Shown: positions 35,503 to 51,200 of the stretch, in pieces
Layout: the number at the start of each line of letters is the position of its first letter
How positions within the stretch are numbered: the stretch's first letter is position 1
Source of the DNA: Hyaloraphidium curvatum SAG 235-1
Lineage: Eukaryota; Fungi; Monoblepharomycota
Assembly: GCA_025558095.1 (NCBI GenBank)
Contig: JAIVFI010000031.1
Span: 186,001 to 250,000 of the forward strand
DNA: 64,000 bases
Direction: 5' to 3'
The notes under the pieces: generated by a model
What the model was told of the DNA's origin: nothing
The model's input: the letters and a program-made list of their open reading frames with translations, nothing else
Database searches by the model: none
Translations under genes and position numbers: made by a program

Positions 35503-36200
35503 ATGCTCAGTGCCAGAGATCTGAGGTGACAACCCAACCCTCCTTCACAAAGGCGAGCGTGGTGACCATCCCATAGCGGCTCTGTGGCACGATTGCGTAT
35601 TCCAAGTGTTTGACCAAGGTGCTGTCGTGTGTAACATCGTGCTTGCCGTCTTTCCCTGCGCGGGTTGTTGCCCCTGGTTCGAGGCGGCCATTCAGGATCA
35701 CGAGCTCCTCCTCCTGGCATAATGCAAGCAGCTGTTTCCCCCTCCGATCCGTGTGCTGCTCCGACCAAATTACACTACGCTTTCCAAAGCTCGTGCCACG
35801 CACGTCGCTTATCCCCACGTGAGCGTTCAGGTCCCCGATCACGATCGGTATGTCGCATCCGGTTACGATCCCCGCAAACCTCGTCCACATCTTGTCCGAG
35901 CTGAGAATATCTTGCGTTGGCATCGGGGGTATGTACGCCCCCAGCACGTTCAATATGCCGACTTGGATCTGCAACGCTTTGCTCTTTGCAGACGACACCA
36001 CTTTGATCTCGAGGACGGTGAAGCATGCCAAGCTGCAGCTGGATCTTTTGTTTGTATATGCCACTGCCAATGGGCTGGAGATCAACATCAGCAAAACAGA
36101 GTGGATGGCCAGGAAGATACCTCACCACGTGAAGCTCACGTACAGGATCCAGGAGCTGAAGAAGGTTGACAGCTTCAAGCTCCTAAACTCCTTGCTTAGC
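35503..36200. mobile_element. Degenerate LINE relic with an internal inversion (APE on minus ~35503-35975, RT on plus ~35977-36190)
   Basis: IVIGDLNAHVG and ILNGRLEPG on the minus strand abut ALLFADDTTLI...NGLEINISKTEWM on the plus strand. Confidence 0.82.
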
Positions 36201-36517
36201 ATCTCTACCCAAGCAAGCTCAATGGCATAACGTGGGGCAGAGGCCGCTGGAGTCAACTCCTTGTGTGGCTCAGAATGTTGGTCGGCTTTTGCCCACTTTG
36301 CCCCTGATGCTAAGGTCCTTCTCCCACTAACCTTGCAGAAAGTCAATAGATCCAAGCATCAATCACCACCACCAGGTGTGGTTATTTTGTGCATTTGTGG
36401 CTTGACGGGGCGCCGTGCATCGTCGGCAGTCGGCAAGCCTTCTCAGAAAGTTTGAGATTTTTCCCGCCAATGGCAGTTCTGCTTGAATGCCGGGGCGGGG
36501 AACGGGACGGGGACGCG

Positions 36518-37878
36518 ATGGCTCTGCCATCCTCCCCTATGAGCCCGCCAGTGCCGCCATTTCTTCCCGGAACGGGGTTCCACGCGAACGCGGCGGTGCC
36601 GAGTGACCCCGAGCCGCGGGCGCCTTCCCCGTCGGAGCCGTTTGAGGTCGAGGACGAAGGGTTGGACGAAGCTTCTGGCTCTCTTGCGGCTCGGGAAAAG
36701 TCTTGCGCCCACTGCGGCCGGACCTTTCGGAAGCAGAGCAAGCTCAACCAGCATCTTCTGAGCCATACGGGAGAACGGCCCTTTGTGTGCCCGTTTCCGG
36801 GGTGCGGAAAGGCGTACCGCCGCAGGGAGCACCTGAAAAACCACTCGTCGTGCCACGGAGACACGGAGGAGGAGCGCAAGCCATTTGTGTGCGGCCACGA
36901 AGGGTGCGGTGCCGCCTTTTCCAAAGAGCATCACAAGAAGCGGCACGAAAAGTCGCACGCGGGGGGCGGCATCTACAAGGCGGGATCACCGTCGTCAAAG
37001 CTTCGTGCCTCTTGCTGACTCGAGCTACGGCAGTGCGGCGTGGAGGGATGCGGGGAGGCTTTCCCGAAGCACAAACAGCTCGTGGACCACTTGGCCTCCC
37101 ATGCGGGCGACGGTGTCGCAATTGGACATGTCTGCGCAGTTGAAGGATGTGGCAAGACGTTCCGGACCCCGTCGAAGCTCGCGAAGCATGCCAAGACACA
37201 CGAAGGTCCGTTGCGCGGTCGGCGTGGACCGCGGACCGGCTGTACCTAACGGCGGACTGCAGGCGCGCTGAGTTACGCCTGTGGACAGCCAGGCTGCAGC
37301 GAAGCATTTGCCAAATGGAGCCAGCTTCAGCAGCATCTGAAGAAGGATCACCCGATACAGTGTTTGGAGTGCGGAAAAGTCTTCACGCGCCGTATGTTCG
37401 ACGGAACCGCGACGACATCGGCCTGGCATTCATGATCTCTCGCCAGGTGACACCCTCAAGACGCACATGAAGAGCCACGACAAGAATCGCGACCTGTTTC
37501 CCTGCAATTGGCCGGGCTGCACCAAGGTGTTGACGTCGGTGAGGATCCGCTGGCCGGGCATTTGCCCTCGGCCTAACTCCCCGACCCGCAAAGCGCAAGA
37601 TCCTGAACGTCCACGTGCAAGCATCGCATCAGGGCGTCAAGAGGTTCGAATGCAATCGCCCCGGTTGCGGGTCTCGTTTCGCACACAAGCATCTTCTCGC
37701 CCGTCACGTCCGAGCGCACGAAAAAACCGAACAGATGGAGGCGGGCAAGGTCTGTCGCTGTGGCACCGTCTCTGGATCGCCACTGAACAGGCTCCCGCAG
37801 CGAAGCGTGGTGTCCCGCAAAAAACGCTCGGCGGCGCAGATCCTCACAGGGCACATTCAGGGTGACCAGCAGTCCTGA
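36518..37878 (+). CDS. PZF1: Transcription factor IIIA-like multi-C2H2 zinc-finger protein (~9 fingers)
   Basis: HTGERPFVCPFPGCGKAY and successive CxxxGC fingers. FAKWSQLQQHLKKDHPIQCLECGKVF resembles fungal TFIIIA. Start could be 36470. Confidence 0.78.
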
Positions 37879-37922
37879 ATCATCAATGCGATACAGTATA
37901 AATCTGGAATCACGTCATAGCA

Positions 37923-38851
37923 TCATTCTGAATGTTTCGTTGTATCTCGAGCTTTCGCTGTGGTTGGCAATTTGGCAAACTTGTACGCGGGATCGATCAA
38001 TGGTTCAACTAGAATCATGTCGCCATGAAACACTCACCAAGACCAGCAACAAACTTGCCAGGTTAAGGACGAACATTGGGAGGTCTAGTCGCGCGTAGTG
38101 GCACGCCACAAGAAAACTGCACGCCAGGTTCGTCAATCGGTTCGTGGCCGTGCGCGACCGTCCGCGTGCAGCTCACAGAATCACGGGGACAGTCGTGAGG
38201 TACTTCTTCGCAGGTGTGAATTCCGCGCCATTGTCCATTTGCTCCCAGAGTGTCAAGTCCTGGCTGCGAGGTTGTTCCGAGTTGTGGGCAAGCTCCTTGG
38301 AGCAGGCCTCTGCTGCACCCACTATTCTCCTTGGCTGAACTCGAAAGGAACCCCCGACACCCCATGGAACATGATAAAGGTCGACACGTTGTAGACCACA
38401 TTGGTCAAGGTCCAGGAAAGCTCTGGCACGGTCCGATCCGGCGATGAGACGCCGCTTAAGCAAGACGCCTCCGGTTCCCCAAAGCACACCTGTCGTTATC
38501 CCAGGAATCACCGAGAACACGACTTTAAGGCAGATAAGAGCGATAAGGTTCGTGATCCAGCTCCCTAAAGGTTCAGACCATAAGCCCGTCGCCGAGTGCC
38601 CGAGTTGGCGCCAGCACCGGACCTTTCTCGTTCAACCACGCTAAGTGGAGGGCGACGCGATGAGTCTCGTTCAAAATAGCTGAGGAAAGCCAGACGGGTG
38701 CCTACCTGAGTTGGGATTGAGCTCTCTGAAGGCCAGACACTATGCTTCAGTCCGTTGTCCGGAGGACCGTGCTGGCACTCACGTCCGCTTCTCATCTGGC
38801 GAGACCGGCTGCGGATTTTCCATCGGGCCGGCAGCGCGGGTCACTGGACAT
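37923..38851 (-). CDS. ORM1: ORM/ORMDL family sphingolipid regulator (many short exons)
   Basis: NPNS|AWLNEK|GSWITN, FIMFHGVSGVPFEF, LTLWEQMDNGAEFTPAKKYLTTVPVIL, FLVACHYARLD...FAKLP. Confidence 0.9.
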
Positions 38852-38953
38852 GGGGGCCGGCGGAGGCACAGAGGGAAAGGGCGTTTCGGTACCTCTGCCT
38901 TGATCGCCAGCGCAGGGACGTGGCAATTGACGGATCAATTTCCACGACATCAG

Positions 38954-40685
38954 CTACACCCGCAGCTTCGCCGCGATATCCATCCAACCCTCATCCGTAG
39001 CCTCGGAAGATCGATACATGCTGTACGACGGCGACGCAGTCAGTGTGACCGCCGCGATCTCATCGTTCCCGGACTGCACCCACCGTGTGAAGCGAATGAT
39101 CTGATCCGCAATCGCCTGGGGCTTGATGCCCAACTCTGCGAAGCTGACGGCCCCTCCCGACGGCACCTCGTCCACGTACATCTGATTGGAGCCGTCAGCG
39201 AGTAAGACCGCAGGCCGGGACGCTAACGCACCCGTTCCACTTCGTCCGCAGTGATGAGCGGGTTCATGCTGATAGTGTCTAGCACCCTGCCCACAAGTCT
39301 GCCGCCACGTTAGATGCTGCCCCGTAGAGTAAGAGCGACGGGCGAAGCGTACTTTGCAAGCGGCTTCGGAAGGGGGTACATGAGCGGGCCGCGGTGCGAG
39401 ATCTCGACAATGACGTCCAAAATCTGGCGCAGCGTGAACTCCGTGGGGCTGATTTCCGGATCAGTTGCCCTCTCGGTCTGCCGCGCTGCCAGCATGAACA
39501 CACCCGAATAGCTCAACCAGCTTCCCCGTCGCCGCATCGCTCTTGACCATGCTCGCCAAGGCATTGGCCACGTCGCCAACCTGTCCTCCAAGTTAATGTC
39601 TTGCGCAAGGCGAAACGCGCGTGGTGTCCTACGTAAACAGGCCGCACTTTCGTCATGCCTCCGTTGATGAGCGGGATCGAGTAGAAGAACACCATGAAGG
39701 CTTCCCAAGGACGGCGACATTCAGCCCGACCACAAAGAGCCACAAGGTGCCCGACTCACCGCACCACCTGTTGAAGAACTTGTCCTCGGCGCCGTAAATG
39801 GTAGCTGGCCGGACGATGGTGGCGTCAGGGAACTCTGCGAGCACCGCTTGCTCTCCAAGGGCCTGCATGACGGGCCCAAGTCAACTCATGGTGCGAGCGC
39901 ACTGACGGGCAATGGCCACCTTGGAACGCAAGAACAGCGACTTGGAATCCGGGCGGGCGTTCAGCGCAGAGACGTGGATGAACTTCGTGACTCCGTTCTC
40001 CTTCGCAAGCTTCGCAATCTTCTGCGCTCCAGCGATGTGCGTGTCGTGGAAGGTGAAGCTCCTGGCAAGTGCGAGCCTCCGTTAGCGGGCATTGCCGTGA
40101 ATCACCCCCGGGCCCACTTGGTCGCAAAGTCGCGTCCGATGAGGTTAAAGACCGTGTCGGAGTTCCTCAAGCACTCCACAATCTGATCATCATTCCTCAA
40201 ATCGAACCTCTGGGAGCGTCACCGCGATTAGCTAACCCCGAGGGACGCTGCCGGCGGCGACAACTACCGTTGGCACAATCTGCCCCAGGTCCCCCATAAT
40301 CCTCAGATGCCGCTGGTCGTACTCGTCCCCGCGGTATGCAGTCACGACCTGCATGCCTTGCTGCCCTGGAGGCGGCGGTCCCAGCATCAGGCCCAGTCCC
40401 GGCCACCTATAGTCCGGCACCCCCACCAAGCCGATTCACGAGATAGCGGCCCACGAACCCCGTGCACCCAAAGACGGTGACCACGTTCCCGCTGACCGAC
40501 GAGCGCCCGCCGGGTCCGTGGGCGACGAAGCCCTGGCCCGTCGACTCCCGCAGCACGAGGTCGGCATAGGTGCGCTGCGCATCCCGCGTCAGAGGGGCCC
40601 GGCGGCACCGGCGGCCGTCGCGTACTTTGGCGTCGACAGCGACGCGCCGCGCCAAGCGGCCGCTGCGCTGCGCGATGGGGAGCAT
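38954..40685 (-). CDS. NDUFA9: Complex I subunit NDUFA9 (40-kDa, SDR fold)
   Basis: Arg-rich presequence, [65 protein letters not shown]. Confidence 0.95.
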
Positions 40686-40800
40686 CGCGCGGTCCGCCAC
40701 CAGTACCACAGTAGCCCGCGGGGCAGGCCGCGCGGCCGCGCGCGAATCAGCTCCACAATCTCAGAGCTCTTCAATCAGTCTCCCCTCGGAACCCAGAGAT

Positions 40801-41388
40801 ATGGACAACCTCCTCAGGCTCCTACAGAGCCAGAGTTACTCGTCGGCTCCCCCGTCGCCCGGAACCCCGTCGGCCTGGGTTCCGGGCCCCGGTGCCCCGC
40901 CGCCGGCCAATTTACAGCTGCAGAACATTCTGCGCAGCCTCAACGCGGACCATTACCACCACGAGGATGTCGAGCCAGGTCTTGCATCTAGCTTGGGGCG
41001 AGTAGGGCCCATTTGCGAGGACGCGGAGCTGCAATGGGTCCTAAAGGAGCTGGAGGTAAATGGTAGCTGACCGAAGACGACGGCCGATGCTCGAGCTGGC
41101 TTTGGCTGTCAGGCGGAGCAGCGAGCTTTGGAGGCGCAATTGCTTGCGGATCGTGCCAGGGTTGCCCGGAATGTCGAGCTCGAAATCGCGACGGCAAAGA
41201 TCCTGGATCTCGCACCAGCGTCCCGCGCGGACAAGCTCCTTGAGTGCGATCGTGGCATGTTCACCGCCATGGCCGATCTTCGGCACCGGCAGGAGGCAAG
41301 GCTGCGGTCCTTGCGCGTTTTGGAAGGATTGAGCGACCGCCAGCTGTCGGCCATAGTCGAGACAGTTCTAGCATTCTCCGAGGCGTGA
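40801..41388 (+). CDS. Hypothetical helical protein (2 exons, intron ~41056-41112)
   Basis: MDNLLRLLQ...LKELE|AEQRALEAQLL...FSEA*; a GT-AG intron joins two ORFs. No family recognised. Confidence 0.6.
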
Positions 41389-41440
41389 AGCTCTACATGG
41401 GTATGAGTGGGTATGACACAGAGTGCTGCCCGCCAGGGGT

Positions 41441-42820
41441 TCAGTGTGCGAGGGTGCCCAACCAGTCCGACACGTTTCCTTGGGTGCCGGCGACCTTTTG
41501 AACCCAGGGATGCTTCTGCCGATAACCGATCAGCGAGGACGCAAGGTCCCGGGCGCGCGAGCTTACCAGCAGTTCGGCGGGTGTGGGCCTCTTCTCGGGA
41601 TCCTTTTGGAGGCTGGTCGGGAAGGGTCACCTTGCGTCAGCGGCGAGTCACCGAACATCCCCACCATTTGGCTATGAAGTCCTCAAACTCGGGCGTGAAC
41701 TGGCCCGGTGGCAGCGTCGGTGCCGGTTCGTTGACGACAAACTGGAGCAGCTCCAGGATCGACAGCGTACTGCCCGGGAAGGGATGCCGGCCGATCGCCA
41801 CCTCCAACATGGTGATGCCGAGACTCCACACGTCGGATTGGACGGCGTACTTGGATCCCGTTATTCGCTCGGGCTTGCCGGCCGTCATGTCCAGGGCCAC
41901 GCGCACGCGCGGCAACATCACCTACCGACATGTACGAGCTCGTTCCAACAAAGGTGTTGGCCATGGAATTGATCAGCTGGCCGCTGACGCCAAAGTCGGC
42001 GATCTTGACTTCGCCGCGGGAGTTGAGGAGGATGTTGGAGGGTTTCACGTCTGCACGCCGTCCTCAGCGACTCCGTTTGCGCAGGCCGCTGAACCCACCT
42101 CGGTGGATTATCCGGAAAGTGTCGTAGAGGTATACGAGACCGCTCAAGACGGCATACGTGATGCGTGCCACGATGTCCTCGGGCAGCGCGCCGACTTTGG
42201 ACAGCATGTTCTCCAGCGACCTGCTCCTTCGGTCAGCGCACGGAGACGCGGGCGCTCCGCCGACAATCACCCGTAATCCATGTACTCCATGACGATGGAG
42301 ATGTCGCTGTCCAGCAGAAACGACCCAAAGTAGCCCACAATGAAGGGGCTGCTGCAGTCGTGCAGGATCTTCAGCTCCCGCATTATCTGCTTCTGCTGCG
42401 GCACGCTGGCGGCGGCAACGGAGATGATCTGGCGGCAAGAGCGAAAGCGAATTCCGGCGTCCGGAGCTCGATGAATGTGTGCGGCAAGCCGTCGAGGCAC
42501 CAGTGCCGCACCTTCCGTGCCATGACCGTCTCTGTAGGCTTGTACAGCACGCGATTCACGGTCCCGCCGTTGCCGGATCCCAGCTCCTCCAGCATTTCCA
42601 AATCCTCCCCCTTGACATCGAGCTTGCTCGATTTGGGCAGCTCAATGGGCCGAGGGGGAAGCACGAGGCTGCCGGCCTGTCCGGACGAGTCCAGAAGCGA
42701 GTCCGACGCGGTCCGCGGGGCTGTCGGGGCCGCGATTTTCAGCCCAACGGGCGCCTTCTTTTTGCTCGAGGAAGCCGGCCGCGGAGGCTTCGCATCCTGG
42801 CGCGGCGGCGTGGCGGACAT
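41441..42820 (-). CDS. STE7: MAP kinase kinase (Ste7/Byr1/Fuz7-like)
   Basis: [30 protein letters not shown]|[42 protein letters not shown]|PERI. Confidence 0.92.
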
Positions 42821-42918
42821 CGGAGTCGCGTTCGATCGCGTGCGCGGCACCGCACTGCTCAAAACGCCTCGGGACTCTTGTCCCTTGCACCAGTTCGATC
42901 CATGCCCGGCGCGCCACC

Positions 42919-45900
42919 ATGACGCTCCAGGGCTTCCAGCCTTCCAACAGCTTGGACTCGCAACGCCCTCGCCAGCTGGCCGGGAACCGGGACATGGCCA
43001 CTGTTCCGACCACCAGCTTCTACGGCGGCCGCGGGGAGCCCCAACCCGGGAAACGCCCGCCCCAGAGCCGCAAGGGGCACGAGGCGGAGCCCGAGGAGAT
43101 CGTTGATGACGATGAGGGCAGCGGACGCGAAAACGTCCTTCGGACAGGGGAGCGGCAAAGGAAGAGGAGGAAGCTGGAGCGGACTTCTCTTGGCCCTTGG
43201 AGGGACCCTGTCGAACATTACTACATGGGCCGAGAGGATGGCCCGGCCAAAGCCTTCGACCGCCCCCCCAGCATCTCCGGGCAGGCGCGGAGCGCTGCGT
43301 CCCGGGTAGCCGCGATGAAGGGCAAGAACGGAGGCGCGAGCAGCGCGACGCAGCGACCACAAAGCTCGGTCCTCAAGGCCGGCGACTTTCCAAAGATCGA
43401 GCTTAATGCTCTTCTCGTCGGCGAGAGGCTTTTTAAGCCACCGCTGTGCCTTATGTTTGTCCCGGGGAACTGCTTGAGAATCATCAGACAGGGGTCGCAG
43501 AGTCTCTTGGAGGCGAAATACGAGAACGTGAACAATGCTGCCGTAAGTTTAAGCCCCAGTTCTTCTGTGTGGCCGTAACGTCAATGGATTGTGTGTTTTC
43601 CAGGTATCCACGGAATCCGACGCCATTCCATGCTTCATCTTCTCAACAAAGGGAAGCCTGCCGGAAGCTCAGTTTAAGGCACACTACCACGGCGGTGAAG
43701 GTAATTTCGCCCCCTCGGCGAGGGGCCCCGATCTCACCCCTAGAAGCCGGCAAGTTCCTCAAGACACCCAAGAATCAGATCATATGCGTGGCACGCAACC
43801 CGCAGGACCTCCGACGGTTTAAGGCCGAAGTGCAATCCAAGAGCTTTCACCCCCCCATCAGATATCTCAGGTGCGATACCCACCTCCTCCTCCGACCTGC
43901 TTTTGAACTCCCTGTCTCGCAGTCCCGAGGATGCTACCCTCTGTGAAGAGTTCTTGAGGACGAGTAGCTACGTACCCGAGAGCAGTGAGCAATCGGCGGA
44001 AGTTTTTGCCGGCGAGGAGCGGCGAAGATCCGGGCGCCGCACCACCATGAACAGCAGATCCACCCTACTTGGTCTGTGGCACCGCGTGCGTTGCCTTCGG
44101 ATTCAGCTGACGCAGCGACTTTCATAGACGACAGCCCCCCGCCGAGTCCGGCTCCCACGAGGCAATCGACTAGGACTCGCAAGCGAAAGTTGGAGCTGTC
44201 TGAAGAGTACGTCTGCTCTTTGCGCGCACGACTCCCACCCAACGTTTCATCTTCGCAGGCTTTTCACGTACGAGTCCATCGTCATTCGGGGCGAAGACTA
44301 CGGGCGCTTGGAAGAGGGACAGTTCCTGAACGACTCGGTCATTGAACTCCAGCTGAAGTGCTGCGGTGCTCCTGTAGATCGCAATCCCGTCTTAACCCGA
44401 CGCCCTAGGCGCATATTCGCGGAGCTCCCACCCGAAATCCAGGAAGCAACGTACATCTTCAACTCATTCTTCTACCAGCAGCTCAGCTCGGGAGGCAAAA
44501 GGTACGAGGTGGATGTTTGTGCGCGACTAGTGCTTTCAGCTGACTCGGTCATCATGAACAGCGACCCCGCGAGCATGCACAGGAGGGTCAGGCGATGGAC
44601 TTCGAAGGTCGATCTCTTCGAGAAGAAGTACATCGTAGTTCCCATCAACGAATCGTGAGTGGTTTTCGCGCTGCCGACGTGCCGTTATCTAGCTTACAGC
44701 CGCTCTTCAGGCTCCACTGGTACCTGGCCATCATTTGCAATCCTGAGGCCATTCTGAGCGGGGGCTCCAAGTCCGACGCCGCCACTTCGGACTACGCGGA
44801 ACCTGAACCACGGTCGAAGCATCACGTGCCCGTCCTCACACTGGACTCGTCTGACGTCGAGGAAGATTTCCAAGAGCCTGCTGACATTCAAGCCAAACCC
44901 GGTGTAGAGCCGGACTCGGAACCAAAGCCAACCCCTGGTCTCCGGGATGCGGGTTCGCCCGACGACGGTGCTGGGGGCGGTGAATCGTCGGCCGGAGCCA
45001 ACTCGTCGCACGGTGCATCGGCGCAGGCTGTCAACACCGCGCAGGATGCTGACGGCGGTGCTCCTTCACCGGTGGAAGAAGACGTGCAATGGGATGACGA
45101 CGGTGCGCCGCCTGGGGAAGAAGCCTCTGCGGTCGTACGCGACGGCGAAGAGCAAGTGGATGGCGAGAAAGGTATCATGGAGTCCCTGATGGAAGGAATC
45201 GCTTCGATATCCGGTCTCGGTGCGTCTGAATCGCGCTTCGGGATGGCGAAAGGCGCTAATGCCACAACAGCCTCCAGGGCGATGGGCTGGTCTGATCCGG
45301 ATGTCACCAAAACCGCTGGCAACGGTCATGCGGATGTCCTTGGATCTCTTGGGATTGATCCTGGACCGACGGATGATGCCGTTGACGGCGGTGCAGACCC
45401 GGATCGAGATGGAGAGCCGCGGCCGGAGGCTTCGTGGGTCGCAAGCGGACTATTGAACGCACGAGCTAACTGTGTTCTCGCAGTCGCGGCTACATCTTCC
45501 AGTTCGACAGTTTGGGAGGGTCCAAAGGCAACGAGGTCGCAAACGCGCTGAACTCGTGAGTCGGACGTCACCCAGAAAGCGCGCTTGCCTCAGCAGACCT
45601 CGCGCCAGGTACCTGAGGGAGGAGGCACGTGCGAAACGGGGCATTGTGGTCCCAAATTCGAGCAAGCTGCGTGTCGTCCACGCCGACAACGTACGTTCCC
45701 GGCCTGCGTGGACTTAGGGTCGCAAGCCGACATGTTCATGTTGCTTTGCCAGATACCCAAGCAGAGCAACCACAGTGATTGCGGCTTGTTTCTGCTGAAG
45801 TACGTCGAGAAGTTCCTGAAGGATCCGCCGCGGATGATCGGACACCTGCTGGTGCGTCACGTCTGAGCTCGGTGTGATTGCGCTGATTTCCACGAACAAT

Positions 45901-46066
45901 CCAACAGCATCCCGAAGTGGCGAAGAAGGATCTCTGGTTCAAGGGCGCGGAGGCCAAGAAGTTGCGAACGGAAATCCGAGTCTTTCTCAACAGCAAGATG
46001 GAGGAAAAGGAGGCGGCCGCTAAAGCACAGGCGGCGGCGGGAAAGGAAGAGCCTATTGTTGTTTGA
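42919..46066 (+). CDS. ULP2: Ulp2/SENP6-7-like SUMO protease (peptidase C48)
   Basis: EGQFLNDSVI, YIFNSFFYQQL, VRRWTSKVDLFEKKYIVVPINES|LHWYLAIICNP, an acidic insert, FDSLG and PKQSNHSDCGLFLL. Start is 42919 or ~42993. Confidence 0.9.
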
Positions 46067-46141
46067 AGGGCCAAACGGCTGGCTACTTGCGAAATGTGAT
46101 ACCCCAGTTACCGCTGAGCAAACTGAGCAACCCGTGTGAGG

Positions 46142-48161
<2,020 letters not shown>

Positions 48162-48257
48162 GAGAATAGGGCTGTGATATAGGGTAGGGCGGGCTGGAGA
48201 AGACTGCCCCCATTGGGGAGCGAAGCGAACCCAGCATTCCTGTCCCCGGGCATCAAG

Positions 48258-51200
48258 ATGCCGGACGGCGACGGCGGGCCCGGAGACACGCCGCTCGACT
48301 ACTACACGAAGGTACGGCCCCGCGGACGGCGAGCGCGACGGCGCTTGACCCAGGTCCCTCCGACTCGCGCCGATGCCACGCACACCGCCCCGCCTCCGCT
48401 CCTGGCGTGCTCCTCATCGCTGCCGCCGCCTCGTCTTCCGTGCTGGCCGCTGCCTCCTTACCTCCGTGGACACCATTCCTCTCCGTCGTCTCCCCGGCGC
48501 AGGGCGTGAGGGTCTGGCTCACCGACGACGATGAGGGATGGGTCAGCGGCGTCCTGCGGACGCGGGCGCTCGATGCCGCCGGCAAAGTGCGCTTGGTCTT
48601 TGCGGTGGACGGCCGGGACAAGGAGCGGGTCTTCGAGTCGTCTATCAAGGACCTCGAGCGGACGAAATATGCCGACCTCCCGCCGCTGCGCAACCCCCCT
48701 ATGCTCGAGGGCATCGACGACTTGACACTGCTGTCGCACTTGCACGAACCGGCAGGTTGGTAGCGGGCGGCCGGTCGTGTGAGCTCCGCTGAGGGCCGGC
48801 GCGATCCGCAGTGCTCCACAATATCAAGCTGCGGTACTCCCAGAAGCAAATCTACACCTATTCCGGGATCGTGCTGGTCGCGATGAATCCTTATCAGCGG
48901 CTTCCCATCTACTCCCCGGAGGTCATGAGAGCCTGTAGGTGACCGTCGTGCGGCCATCAAAGGTGTTCCTGATCGCGGTGGTGGGATCAGACTCGGGAAG
49001 GAAACGCGGGGAGCTGGAGCCGCACCTTTTCGCGATCGCCGAGGAGGCCTACAGTTCCATGATCCGAGATGACAAGAACCAGTCGATCATTGTCAGCGGC
49101 GAGAGTGGAGCCGGGAAGACTCAGTCGGCAAAGTACATCATGAGGTACTTTGCGACCGTGGACGACCTGGACAAAAATGCCGGGGACTCGGAGTTTGGAG
49201 GCAGCACGGGACCATCCTCGGCGAACCACACGGGGATGAGCGAGATCGAGGAGGCGGTGCTGGCGACGAACCCCATTACCGAAGCGTTCGGCAACGCCAA
49301 AACGACGCGGAACGACAACAGTAGTCGTTTCGGCAAGTACATCGAGATCCAGTTCTCCAAGCCGAACGGCAAGACGCCTGTCCGGATCGTGGGAGCAAAG
49401 ATTAGGACGTACCTTTTGGAGCGGTCGCGTTTGGTTTTCCAGCCTATGAACGAGCGCAAGTGAGCGGTGCCACCGCGCCTCACGCCTCACGACGCTGATC
49501 TCGAGGTGCTTGTTCGGCAGCTACCACGTGTTTTACCAGCTCTGTGCCGGTTGCCCCACGGCCGAGCGACGGGAGTTTGGCCTGAACAGCTGGGAAACTT
49601 TCCACTACCTCAACCAGGGGCAGGACGGAGTCATTGCAGGCGTGGACGACGCGGCGGAGTTCCAGATCACGCAGCATGCCCTGTCGCAGATCAACATCCA
49701 GATCGCGACGCAATGGTGAGGTGGAGATGGACGGCGCCGGTCGCTCATCCTGATTGCGCCTTTTGGTCCAGGCAAATCTTCCGTATCTGCGCGGCATTGC
49801 TTCACATTGGAAACATTCAGATCACGCAAGCGCGGAGCGGGGAAGCACAGATCGGCGACGGCGATGCCGGCCTGCAGTGGGCGACCAAGCTGCTGGAGAT
49901 TGACGGCGCCGAATTCCGGAAGTGGCTCGTTCGGAAACAGCTCGCTGCCAGGACCGAAACGGTTGTTACGAACCTGAACGCGCAGCAGGCCATCACTGGC
50001 CGCGATTCGGTGGCGAAGTACATCTACGTGGCTCTCTTCGAGTGGATCATCAACATGGTCAACAAGGACCTCGATCGTGACGACGCTGCGGCCGCGAAGG
50101 CGCAGGGACGGTCCTTCATCGGAGTCCTGGACATTTACGGCTTCGAACACTTCAAGAAGAACTCTTTCGAGCAGTTCTGTATCAACTACGCGAACGGTTG
50201 GTCGATTGATCGGGCGCCGGTGCGAGTCAGATCCTGACACTCGCCGCAGAGAAACTGCAGCAGGAGTTCAACCAGCACGTGTTCAAGCTGGAGCAGGAGG
50301 AGTACATGGCGGAGCAGATCAACTGGTCCTTCATCGACTTCAACGACAATCAACCATGGTGGGCTCCGATTCGGGCCGTGCGAGCTCTGGGCAGCCGTAC
50401 TGATGGACGTTCAGCATCGATCTCATCGAGGGAAAGCTTGGGATCCTGGACCTGCTGGACGAAGAGTCCCGGCTGCCCTCCGGATCGGACACGGGACTCG
50501 TCGGGAAGCTCTACGCTCGCTTTGCCGGCACGACACCGCAGACGCAGCAGCCTTTCTTCGAGAAGCCCCGATTTTCGGTCAAGGCGTTCACCGTCAAGCA
50601 CTACGCCATCGGTGTCTCTTATGACATCGACGGTTTCCTGGAGAAGAACAAGGACACGGTGACGGAGGAGCTGCTGGCGGTGCTCTCCAACTCCAAGTCG
50701 GCCTTCCTGCGCGACGTTTTGGCCGCGATGCCCGGATCGGGTCCGAGCGAGGACGTTGGTGTGCTTCTCCGGGCGCCGCGGCATGTCCTAAATCTCCCGT
50801 ACAGGCGTCCGGAAAGGTCAAGTCGACCAAGATCAAAAGCACCCTGGGCAGCATCTTCAAGGCCTCCCTGATCGAGCTGATGAAGACTATCCGTTCGACG
50901 GAGGTCCATTACATCCGCTGTGAGGGCCGTCGTTGTCCGCTTTCTGTCATGGTCTGACTGGTTCCGCAGGCATCAAGCCAAATCCTTCAAAGGAAGCCTT
51001 TGGCTTCGATCCGATTATGGTCCTGGCACAACTCAGGTACGGTGCCACTCCATGGCAGGGCGTGTGGTGCCTGCTGACTCGCAATTCGTAGGGCTTGTGG
51101 TGTCCTTGAGACCATTCGCATTTCGTGCGCCGGCTATCCGTCGCGTTGGACCTTCGGGGAGTTTGCCGATCGCTACTACATGCTTATCCCGTCCAAGGAT

